Assembly (NCBI RefSeq): GCF_001194135.2
Contig: NC_068981.1
Location: forward strand, 66,453,567 to 66,517,566
Direction: 5' to 3'
Source: Octopus bimaculoides
Lineage: Eukaryota
DNA length: 64,000 nt
The notes below the pieces were generated by a model that saw nothing but the letters and a program-made list of their open reading frames with translations, did not search any database and was not told the DNA's origin. Every line of letters begins with the position of its first letter. Within the stretch, counting starts at the first letter, position 1. Shown here piece after piece: positions 53,604 through 64,000 of this stretch. The translations under genes and the position numbers were made by a program.

Positions 53604-55233
53604 TGACCACATTTGGATAGTGCTTTTTACATGTCACCAGCACGGGGAGCCAGTCAAGCGGCACTGGCAATGACCCATGCATGAATGGTGCTTATTGTGT
53701 GCCACCAGCACAGGAGCCAGTCAGGCCACTCTGGCATAGGCCACAACTACAATTTCCATTTGATTGTGATTTGATTTGATTGACTCAATAGGTCTCCTCA
53801 AGCACAGCATGTCACCCGGCGATTCAAAAGTACTTTTTAAATGGACTGGTTATGCGACACTGGTGTAGGCTATGGCCGAGATCTCCTCAATCACAGCATA
53901 TCTCCTCATCCATACGCAGCACATGACTAGCGCAGTTGTCTCTCTTGCACACCACATCTGATGCTTCTAGTGTCCAACATTTCTCTCAGGGTGCTTACAC
54001 TGTCGTGTGTGCACACTGACATTACACATCCAGCGGATCATACTAGCTTCATTTCTTTCAAGCCTACACAGGTATTTAGCAGTCACAACCCATATTTCAC
54101 TACCGTGTAGCATGGCAGTTCACACACATGCATCATACAATCTACCTTTCACGCTGAGCAAGGCCCTTTGTCACCAGTAGAGGTAGGAGCTTTCTAAACT
54201 TTGCCCAGGCTATTCTTATTCTAGTGGTAACACTCTCTGAGCATCCACCCCCACTACTAACTTGGTCACCTAGGTAGCAGAAGCTATCAACTACTTTTAG
54301 TTTCTCCCCTGGAATGAGATGGAATCAATTTTCTGAACATCTGGGTGTTTATTGCATCTGCAGCAAGCAAAAGCTATCTTCCTGGTTAACCTTCCTTTGA
54401 TGTTGTTACACCTCTTATGTGTCCATAGCTTACACTGGGTACATCTTATAAAGTTTCTACCAACAACTCTTCTACAGATCGAGTGGGGCCATCTACCTGA
54501 AGGGGTTTGTGATGTATTCACCTTCCTACTTACTAGGACTTTGGTTTTTGCAACATTTATTCTAAGGCCCTTCGATTCTAAACCTTATTTCCACACCTGA
54601 AATTTCTTCTCTAGTTCTGGTAGCGATTCTGCAATGAGAGCAAGGTCATCAGCATAGAGGAGCTCCCAGGAGCAACCTGTCTTGAATTCCTCTGTTATTG
54701 CCTGGAGGACTATAATGAATAAGAGGGGGCTGAGGGCTGGTCCTTGGTGAACCCCACTTCTACCCAAAATTCTTCACTATACTCATTGCCACCCTTACCT
54801 TATTAACAGCATTCCTGTACAGGGCCTGTGCAGCTCTTATTAACTTGTCAATCCCCAATTTTCGTATTGCCTACCAGATAAGGGATCGGGGGATCCTGTC
54901 AAAGACTTTCTCCTAGTCAACAAAAGCCAAGTAGAGGTTTATCTTTGACTAAGCATTTCTCCTGCAGTTACTGTACCAAGAATATAGCATCAGTGGTGCT
55001 TCTGCCTGGCACAAGATCATACTGTATCCCATCTAAACAGACTCTCTCCCTAATTAGTTGGGTTATGACCCTCTCCGTGACCTTCATCACCTGATTCAGC
55101 AGTTTGATACCCCTGTAGTTACTTCTATGAAAAGCATCACCTTTACCTTTATAGCAGTTGACTAAGGTGTTGCTACGCCAGTCATTGGGTATGACTCCTT
55201 CATGAACTTCCTAGTTTACAATACGGGTGACTC
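53604..55233 (-). mobile_element. Second RTE LINE copy, convergent with the first
   Basis: GVHQGPALSPLLF, LLYADDLAL, RCTQCKLWTHKRC on the minus strand. Reverse complement aligns with about 51765-53040. Confidence 0.93.
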
Positions 55234-55530
55234 TTTGTATAACATTGTTTCTATTATTTATACATAATTATAAGTATATATAATGGCATTGACTAAGCTT
55301 TAAAAAAATTGCTGAATTTTGCTGACCTCTCAGATTGTAAAAACTGCATCTAAGTTGTTGCTACAATCTATTAAAATCATGAACAAGGTGATATTTTTGA
55401 GTGAACACCATACATTCCTAGTCAACTATCAGTAACAAAAAGAGGGAGACTATGTAGTTGCTAAAACAGCAACTAGATTTCAAAGAAATACAACATCCTA
55501 CCATTAAAATAAAGAATGTATTAGATAAAT

Positions 55531-56220
55531 CATCATATCATCATCATCATCGTTTAACGTCCGCTTTCCATGCTAGTATGGGTTGGACAATTTGACTGAG
55601 GACTGGTGAAACCGGATGGCAACACCAGGCTCCAGTCTAATTTGGCAGAGTTTCTACAGCTGGATGCCCTTCCTAACGCCAACCACTCAGAGAGTGTAGT
55701 GGGTGCTTTTACGTGTCACCCGCACGAAAATGGCCACGCTCGAAATGGTGTCTTTTATGTGCCACCCGCACAAGCCAGTCCAGGGGCACTGGCAACGATC
55801 TCGCTCGAAAATCCTACGGGAGCCAGTCAGGCGGTACTGGCAACGGCCACGCTCAAAATGGTGCATCTCATGTGCCACCCGCACAAGAACCAGTCCAGGG
55901 GCACTGGCAACGATCTTACTTGGCTTGCCGGGTCTTCTCACGCACAGCACATTTCCAAAGGTCTCGGTCAGTAGTCATCGCCTCGGTGAGGCCCAATGTA
56001 CGAAGGTCTTGCCTCACCACCTCAGCCCAGGTGATCCTGGGCCTACCTCTTCCACGGATTCCCTCAACTGTTAGGGTGTGGCACTTTTTCACGCAGCTAT
56101 CCTCATCCATTCTCACCACATGTCCATACCAGCGCAATCGTCTCTCTTGCACACCACAACTGATGCTTCTAATGTTCAGCTTTTCTCTCAAGATACTTAC
56201 ACTCTGACGGGTATTCACAT
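55531..56220 (-). mobile_element. Young 5'-truncated RTE LINE 3' end
   Basis: RRLRWYGHVVRMDEDSCVKKCHTLTVEGIRGRGRPRITW...REKTRQAK stop, then 3'UTR with 65-bp units and (GAT)n tail. Confidence 0.93.
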
Positions 56221-56410
56221 TATTATCATTTAACCTGTCTTCCATGCTGATATGGGTTGGACAGTCTGACAAGAGCTGAACAACTGGAGAGCTGCAAAGG
56301 CTCCAATTGTCTGTTTTGGCAAGATTTGTATGGCTGGATGTCCCTCCTAATGCCAACCACTTCACAGAGTGTACCGAGTGCTTCTTACAAGACAATGGCA
56401 TGGACACTTT
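56221..56410 (-). mobile_element. Older RTE tail lying directly against the young copy
   Basis: tattatcatttaacctgtcttccatgctgatatgggttggacag... Confidence 0.75.
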
Positions 56411-56847
56411 TACATGGTACAAGTACATAATCTTTGGTACGTTATGTCTGAGAAAACATGGGATGATTAGCCATAAAAACCAAAGTGTTCAAACAAAAAC
56501 CCTCGCTGGGAGGGTACAAACGTGGCTCTGAAGTTTAAAAAAAATGTATGTTGCATAGCTGTATGGTCTCAGGTTCAAGCTTACTATATGGCTTTTTCTA
56601 CGAGAGTCATTGGTCAACCAAAGCCTAGTGAGTGGAATTTGGCAGACAGAAACAGTAAGGATACTGGTCAGTGAGACTGTTCTTGTTTCAACATCATAGA
56701 CTTAATTTGTAACCTGGTTTAACAATCCTATCTAGCCCATGGATGCCTTTAGCAGATTTTTGAGCTGTAGGGGTATCTAATTCGTTCCTAAAACCTGTTC
56801 TTCCTTTCTGCAGTCTTTGTCTTTTCTGGTTCTTTCTCCTGTTCTTG

Positions 56848-57005
56848 CTGTTGTTTAACCCAGGTCAGACAATCATGGAACACATTCCAGTCATAACCAT
56901 TTCTTTTTGGCATAACTTAGACTACACTGTCTAATGTGTCTTATTTTTAAGACAATAATATGATGTGAGGGAATTTGGTTGCTATTTCTAGCAGATTAAA
57001 TGACT
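56848..57005 (-). mobile_element. Family C repeat
   Basis: ttgttgtttaacccaggtcag...cattccagtc...ggttgctatttctagcag. Confidence 0.65.
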
Positions 57006-57801
57006 TCATAAAGTTCCCACTAGGTGTTCATGGTAAACCCACTCTGCTATGTGTTTTTTTGACATTCACACTTGCTGAAATATAGTAAAGGATAATCAAA
57101 CACCAATTAAATATTCCAGTTTAATCGATTTAACAAGGGATTAGAATTATAATTGATTTGTTTATTTAATAATAAAACAAATGAATAATTTTGGTTATGA
57201 CACACAATAGCTGAGAGGTTAATGATCTAACTTCCTTATTTTAAACACTATTATAACCATTATGCTGATTCTGTTAGCCTTAGGTTCCATTAGCAGTATT
57301 GTAATGGGGGCAACTGCTCAAACAAAATCCCTAACTAAAGAACACAAACATGGTTGTGTTGTCAAAAGGTTTCTATTTCAACTGCGTGATTTCAGGGTCA
57401 ATTCTACTCTGCAGCTCCTTAAACATGTACCTTCTATTATAGCCTCAGGTGGAGGAGGGCAAATAAAGGGTTGCAAATGAAATTCACAAGTTGGAAATTG
57501 TACAATAGGACTATTGGTGTTTAAAGATTGTAGACTTCATCTATAACTTGGTTTAACATTCCTACCTATCTTTAGCAGACAACACTGTTACACACCTTTG
57601 ATCCAGGGCTCTGGTTTGAGAACTTTCTCCCAATTCCTTACCTCCAGTATCAGAGGCCCTGAAAAATGTCATGGGAGCTGCTCTTATTTCCTTGAATAAG
57701 CTGCTTAAGAAAAAAAAATATTCATACTAACACAGAAAAATAATTAAAAACATGAGAAAATTTTACTCAAAAAAATAACAGCATCTTTCAGGGCACATAT
57801 G

Positions 57802-58203
57802 TCATCACCATCATCATTTTAACATCTGCTTTTCCATGTTTTTATGGGTCGGATGGAATTTGTTGAAGTAGACTTTTCACCAGCTGGATGCCTTTCCTGT
57901 TGTGAAACCTTACCTGTTTCCAAGCAAGGCAATATTTCCCTATAGCCAGGCGTGTTTTCACAGAATATTGCAAATGAATGACATTAGTTTATAACAATCC
58001 CATGAATGCCAAGACAAGTAGACACACACATGCATATAATATGTATTACGCTTCTCTCAGTTTCCATCTACCAAATCCACTCACAAGGTTCTGATTGGCC
58101 TGGGGCTATAGTAGAAAGCAATTACCCAAAGTTCCACAGTGAGACTGAACCTGAAACCATGTGGTTGGAAAACTAACTTCTTAACCACAAAGCCATGCCT
58201 GTC
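57802..58203 (-). mobile_element. SINE family B
   Basis: B-type tail at 57802-58030 plus family-A head at 58040-58203. Confidence 0.75.
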
Positions 58204-58637
58204 CCTATATACGTTTAATTAAAATTACATGTACCTAAATTATAGTGTTTCACCATTTCAGATACTTAAGAATAACAGGTTACTCAGCTTTCAACATAAC
58301 ACACAAAACCTCTACCATTAATGTATACCACGAGATGATATATGGTTATGGTATCTGTGACAGTGAGCAGGAAGTTGATACTTTCTTTACAGTTGTTCTG
58401 ACAACTCAGCCACCCCTGCCCCTGCCCGACTCTAAATTCAATTCCTACTGAATCAATTTGGTCTTTCTATCTATTTATTCATGGAATAAGTAGCAAGATA
58501 TACAGCAAGTTAATCATATTAAACAACTTGTCTGTCACTCAACTCGGTCAATGCCATCACCATTATCATGGTTCAAGTATATACAACAACGAAAGAGAGG
58601 AGGCCTAGTTTGATGACTTGTATGATATGGTTTAGTG

Positions 58638-58945
58638 CAGTGGTTCCCAAAGTGGGGTGATAATGGGATGGTGAAAATNNNNNNNNNNNNNNNNNNNNNN
58701 NNNNNNNNNNNNNNNNNNNNNNNNNNNNNNNNNNNNNNNNNNNNNNNNNNNNNNNNNNNNNNNNGGGGGGGGGGGGGGGGGGTGATGGATATATAAAAAA
58801 AAATAGATTAATTAGGTTAAGTTTTATTTGTGAAATACAGTTGTGAATTTGCTGCAGAAAGTGGTCTATGTTTGTGGTGATGAGTGAGGGGTGGGACGCC
58901 AGGAATGTGGCCTGGTTGCAGTCTGAAAAATTTTAGGAATCACTG
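58638..58945. mobile_element. hAT (Charlie-like) MITE with intact 8-bp TSD
   Basis: TIRs CAGTGGTTCCCAAA / TTTAGGAATCACTG. TSD GTTTAGTG at 58630-58637 and 58946-58953. Confidence 0.9.
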
Positions 58946-59299
58946 GTTTAGTGCCTGCAATGTTCTGAGCTCAAAGCTCTTGAGCTGACATTTGATATAC
59001 CCTGAACCTGCCAAATTGGTTTTCCTCTTCCTTAAATTAATTGTGAAAATAATATCAATTATAATCCAAATCCCCCTCCTCTTCAGTTTTAACATTAATT
59101 ATTATTACTTTCTGACTATTTACAGAGTTCAAATCCTGCGAAAGTCAACTTTGCTTTCATCCTTCTGGGGTCGACGGTATCAACGAAACCTCTCCCCTCA
59201 AAACAGCTGGCCTTGCGTATATATTGAAAATCATTATTATTAAAAATATTGACAACACCTGTAAGCAAAACACTGATTCTCAAGCTAACGAGGGTGTCT

Positions 59300-59472
59300 C
59301 TACATAGTCGCTCCACCTGCTAGAAATAGCAGCCAAATCTCTTTCAAATAACACGATATTCTTTAAATAAAAAGGGTAACGTTCTTCATAAAACATTAGC
59401 TGAAAACAAAACAGGAGAGTCACCAATGAAACGTTTTTGATCATGGGGGTCTGCTCATTCAGGTTGACATAG
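59300..59472 (+). mobile_element. Family C repeat
   Basis: ccacctgctagaaatagcagccaaatctc...tttttgatcatgggggtctgctc...gggctaaacatcaacaac. Confidence 0.7.
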
Positions 59473-59546
59473 GGCTAAACATCAACAACAATACAATGAA
59501 GAATTTAATTTAAGAGAAAAATATCAGAAATAAGATATGTACATAC

Positions 59547-59592
59547 CTTCATTGGTGAATAAACTCCACAGTTTTGAAAAGAGAAAGCCCAT
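59547..59592 (-). CDS. ARL5: First coding exon of ADP-ribosylation factor-like GTPase 5 (ARL5A/B type)
   Basis: Minus strand ATG GGC TTT CTC TTT TCA AAA CTG TGG AGT TTA TTC ACC AAT GAA G|GTATGT gives MGFLFSKLWSLFTNE plus a phase-1 donor. This closely resembles my recollection of the human ARL5B N-terminus (MGLIFAKLWSLFCNQE, Gly2, amphipathic helix) and of its first intron position. Too short for the ORF track. Confidence 0.87.
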
Positions 59593-59622
59593 GTCAAAAG
59601 ATAGTCCAGACTATGGTCGGGA
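59593..59622 (-). other. Probable 5'UTR part of the ARL5 start-codon exon
   Basis: Candidate acceptor ccttgtttcag|TCC places the exon start at 59622. An alternative acceptor (tattag|GCA) lies about 45 nt further upstream. Confidence 0.4.
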
Positions 59623-60984
59623 CTGAAACAAGGACCAAACTCTTAAGGAAGGGCTTAACAGGTGCCTAATAGGCAACGTTTTTTCAGTATATTTCAAATT
59701 AAATTGCTATTCTTTTTTTATTCCTCCTTTCCTTTCATTTTTTCAACTGTTAATAATTTATAGTATTTTCTGGTTAATGTAAGTATATTTTATTGTTTAC
59801 TGTTTCATAAGAAAGGGTGTGTGATAATTTCTCAATGCTGAACGATTCTAAGAAAAACAAAAATTATTAGTTTACTTTCCTTTACACACTACCTAAACCA
59901 CCCCTGTGAACCGATTCTATTTAAAAATGTTGAATAAATTCTTTTCCCAATAATTCAACAATGGGAAAAGTCGTGTGAGTAATGACAAATAAGTCAACAA
60001 GTAAATACCATTATTTGTATTTTTTCAGTTCTTTATATTTACACACTGACGTTGCTGGTTAGTGGTATTATAATTATATTGTTATTTCTACAGCTACCGC
60101 TTATGTGAGAATTACCCCATGAGGTGGAAATACCCAACGGACAAATAGCAGAGGTTATTTATAAAAATATCCATGAAAATGTGTTTCTATCATAGATACA
60201 AAAGTCAGTGCAGATACGTGTATTTCATTCCCAACATCAAATATCGCTTGTGTATATACGTGTATATACGTATGTATCTGTGTTTTATATATTCAAATAT
60301 CAAAAGCATATACACATATATATGTTGGATTTAAATTTAAATATTTATATTCAAATGTCGGTGCTTTTTTAATTGTCGCTGATATGTAGCATATCAACGC
60401 ACCTCATCCACACAAGATATTGAATACAGTGCGTGAATATTTATATATATTATTTGTTGTCTACACATTTATTACCAAAAAGAAAAACAAAGAATAGATT
60501 ATAATATGCCAGTAAAATAGATTTCTGTTTGTCTAAGTGAAATACTTCAAATCATTTATGAAATCCTTAAACACATCCGCTAGTCTATATGTTTATCTAC
60601 TTACTTCTAGACAGATATAGGCATGTACAATTTGTGTGTGTTATGTATGTGTGTAAATATGTAGATGTGTAAATATTTATACAATATATAGTGTATGTGT
60701 CCGTGTGTAAACTACATTGGAATTATGTCAGTTTATGGCACTATAGCTATTACTTTTAGGAGGAATTCTTACAGGAAGCAATCTTGAAGACGTTTGTAGG
60801 GGATAGTAATAACAAAAGCAAAAAAAAAAAAAGGAGTAGAATCAATATCAAGTAGGCTGACTCCTTCCTCTCTTAGTCACTACCATGTTGCTAATAATTA
60901 TGTTCCAGTATGGCACAAACCATATACATGTGAGCTGCCAAAAATAAAGAAAAAGAAAATATAATAGACTAAAATAAATAAATA

Positions 60985-61019
<35 letters not shown>

Positions 61020-61305
61020 TAGTATATACAGCATGGGCTTTATAGATTGTTAAAGGGATCTAAAGAGGGAGGGTGCGTATGCGATGACTGGATCGTTTAG
61101 AAAGATGGTGAAAAATTACTTTGTGTAAGAAATATGAAACAAAAATAACAATGTCCAACTCTGTATGAAGTGAACACTGAACAACACACAAACAATCATC
61201 TATGGAACAATTCTTTTTCCAGTATACACATGAATAAAATAAAAGTCTCGAGATTGACTTAATTTATCATATATTTGTATGTATGAAGAGTGATACACAC
61301 CACAC

Positions 61306-61362
<57 letters not shown>

Positions 61363-61559
61363 CAAAGCGCGAGATAGTATTTTGAGAAACGAGATAAAGA
61401 ATTTTATGGAGAAAGGGTAACTGTGTATATGTATGTGTGTGCGTATAAATAGATATGTGTAGCTAAAGTTTAAAGGGAAGAATGTGTGAATCAATAATAG
61501 CGAAAGATAAACCCTTATAAATAGTACAACACAGTACCTGTAAACACAACATATGTTAT

Positions 61560-61780
61560 GAGTGAGCCAACAAGGAAGCCTCGACATCGTTGTCCTATCT
61601 GCTAGAAATAACAGCCTAATCTTCCTCAAATGACACCCTATCGTAGTGAGTAAGGAAAGAACACAACACACTGGATAATGTATTCCGATCTACTCCTAAA
61701 AACGATAGGATGGTCTTGGCCATTGCTGGAATGCTTTTGATCATAGGCCTGCTCGATTAGCGGTGACTCGGGGCTAAAGA
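61560..61780 (+). mobile_element. Family C repeat (CpG-retaining copy)
   Basis: ctatctgctagaaataacagcctaatcttcctcaaat...gctggaatgcttttgatcataggcctgctcgat...gggctaaa. Confidence 0.7.
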
Positions 61781-62226
61781 ACGACATTTAAGTGTGGGGA
61801 GAGGGCGCACGTGTAATAGTAATGCATGCATAGCTCAGTGCGTGAGTGTATGCGTATCCGTGTACGCATACAAAAGCTGTCAACAATGAGTCGCAATGTG
61901 ATAAACGTGGAGCACTATAAAGATACCCAGAGAACAAATTTTTTTTTCTTCTTTCAAAGCCAACAAATAGTCTTAATTACCGCATAGAAGAAGGAAAGAG
62001 GAGAGAAAGAGGGATACTTTTTGATAGAGTCATATCTCCCTCTACTAAACACACGAACTATTGATATTCAATCCTTTTTATTAAGTTTTAATAGCATCCA
62101 AACTCTTCCTTCGTGTGACATTTCCAACCCAGTTACTAGCACTTTACAGTATATTTCACATATATGTATGTGTAATTATAAGCGTGGTTGCATAGAATGG
62201 CTTTAATGTCAGGCAGTGCATTTTAA

Positions 62227-62265
<39 letters not shown>

Positions 62266-62339
62266 GTGTGTGTGTACACACACATGCTTTCATAAACATC
62301 AGAACGTGAATGATTCACTTAAAGTTCAATGCGACATCA

Positions 62340-62570
62340 TCCCCTGAGAGGCTTTACCTGTTCGCTCAATCTGCTAGAAATAGAAGTTAACTATCACAAT
62401 TTACGCTTCGTTGTCTTGTAAAGTAATATACAAAAAAAAAAGAGAGAGAGAAGGCAGTACACAATGGACAGGGTAGCCTGATAAAAAGTCTTACGAGAGA
62501 GAAATTCACTGCTAGAATGCTTTTAATCATATATTGACAGGGCTGACCTTGCGATTAAACAATGTTGTAT
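62340..62570 (+). mobile_element. Family C repeat
   Basis: cgctcaatctgctagaaatagaag...ctagaatgcttttaatcata...gggctgacc...attaaacaa. Confidence 0.6.
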
Positions 62571-63215
62571 AGCATTGATAAAGCTAATAGCATAAGATAT
62601 TTATGGGGGAGGCTTTCGATAAGGAGAATTTGTATTTGATATTGTTCATCCAATGTATCAAAATTTTTCTTCTCATTGTATAAACAATGCATACAATTGA
62701 CTACCATAACAGCATGGTCCTTGTTTCGTTAAACATTGCATATGTTTCTCCTAGGTTGTCAATAGGAGTCTGAAATTTCAGAGGTCTGTCGTGGTATTTT
62801 GAAATTAAAAACTGACACATATGAGAAAAATGCATGTATTTAAGGATGGGATATTATTTTGCTTTTAAGTAGTTCTTAAATTTTCGATATCAAATTAAAA
62901 AGGGGTGGGATCATTGAATAAGGTATACATCCGTGTGACGAAGGAATATTTTTTTTTCTTAACGAATTCAACGACTGTTTAATTTTTCAATGTGTTCTTA
63001 GCTTCCTGCGCTTGTTTAAGAAAAACATCAAAATATCAGTGACTACTTAAATGGCTAATATTTTTTTTAAATCTTCATTTTCCAAACAATGTCTTTTCGA
63101 TATATATAATACTTTTCTAAATTCGAATGAGTTACGTGGTTTGTACTCAGTCAATTGAATTTATATATAAACACACTGGAAAGAAGCAATAGTATATTAA
63201 AAAAAAATAACTCAC

Positions 63216-63480
63216 CATAAATAATTTTTATGATTCCAGTTGTAGAAGAGACGGTAAGGATATAAGAATGCAATAAAGTATGATAGATATTTTTTTTTAA
63301 TCTATTTTAGTGTATTGTTAATTTTTAGTTACGTTCACAGTAGTGACCGGTAAATTGTCTGAATGAATAATAAATCCACATAGCACGCTGCCGGGAGTAA
63401 AAATAAGTGAAATGTGGTGACCAGGCCTACCAACTAACTATAACGGTGAGTTGGATACCAGCCACCATACCATCATAGTG
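63216..63480 (-). other. Candidate upstream non-coding first exon
   Basis: Strong minus-strand donor TTATG|GTGAGTtattttt at 63216/63215 next to CpG-rich unique sequence. The 5' end is a guess. Confidence 0.4.
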
Positions 63481-63600
63481 ACAGTGGAGCCGACAGCTGT
63501 AACAAAATATACGGAAGTCCAAATATGACGAAAACAACGAGAACACGTCAACAACCGGTGTAAAGGCAATCGGAAATTATAGTTCAATATTGCTTGAGAT
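63400..63600. promoter_or_regulatory. Candidate CpG-retaining promoter region
   Basis: Non-repetitive, CpG-containing sequence with an ETS-like CGGAAGT (about 63512) and CRE-like TGACG/ACGTCA half-sites, upstream of the ARL5 exon on the minus strand. Confidence 0.35.
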
Positions 63601-64000
63601 AAGATCAGCTCAGTCACGTCCCTTTATGTTCCTCAGACCCCCTTCGCACCCGATTTTGATGACTTTGTCTGTCATCTTCCCCATGGGTCCATTAAAAGTA
63701 CCAGTAATATTCTCGGTTGGCCAATATAACCTACCCTACCCATTACCCCCTCCCCAGTACTTTTATTCTTGTCTTTGTGTGAAAATCCGATATTTTAGGA
63801 ATACTACCAACACCTTTTGCTCGAGTCACCAGCTTTGATAATGTTATTTTTTATGAGAAATTTGCGTACAAGTTAAATTATTTTTTTTAAAAAACTTTAT
63901 TTATATACATAAATATTTAAGTCGCGCAGAAGAGTTATCGGCACTATTTTCTAATATTTGGTCAATTCAGCTTCGACTAATGCATCTTTGTTCTTACTAA

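Overview
AT-rich eukaryotic genomic DNA with small N gaps. The repeat families ((GAT)n-tailed RTE LINEs and tRNA-headed SINEs with internal (TA)n tracts) point to an Octopus or other coleoid cephalopod genome; that assignment is inference, not a database hit. The only host coding sequence I can support is a 46-nt minus-strand exon (59547-59592) reading MGFLFSKLWSLFTNE plus a phase-1 GTATGT donor, which matches the first coding exon of the ARF-like GTPase ARL5. I searched by eye for the downstream ARL5 exons (GLDNAGKTT, WDxGGQ, NKQD, CALTGEG) and found none, so 1-59546 is probably one very long intron. CpG is strongly depleted left of about 59.1 kb and retained to its right, consistent with a methylated gene body and an unmethylated 5'/promoter domain. 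The intron is packed with mobile DNA: young and old RTE LINEs (one convergent pair), several SINE families, a Tigger/pogo transposase fossil, a CR1-like RT fossil, a CRE-clade RLE fossil, hAT- and mariner-type MITEs, and a Penelope-like palindrome carrying minimal hammerhead-ribozyme motifs on both strands. The best leads are the hammerhead palindrome, a frame-preserving 24-nt microexon candidate for ARL5, the dsRNA-forming inverted repeats, a perfect 28-bp hairpin and a recurrent RTE breakpoint. I found no large novel multi-gene system. Repeat boundaries are approximate (about +/-20 nt) unless a TSD or TIR is quoted.
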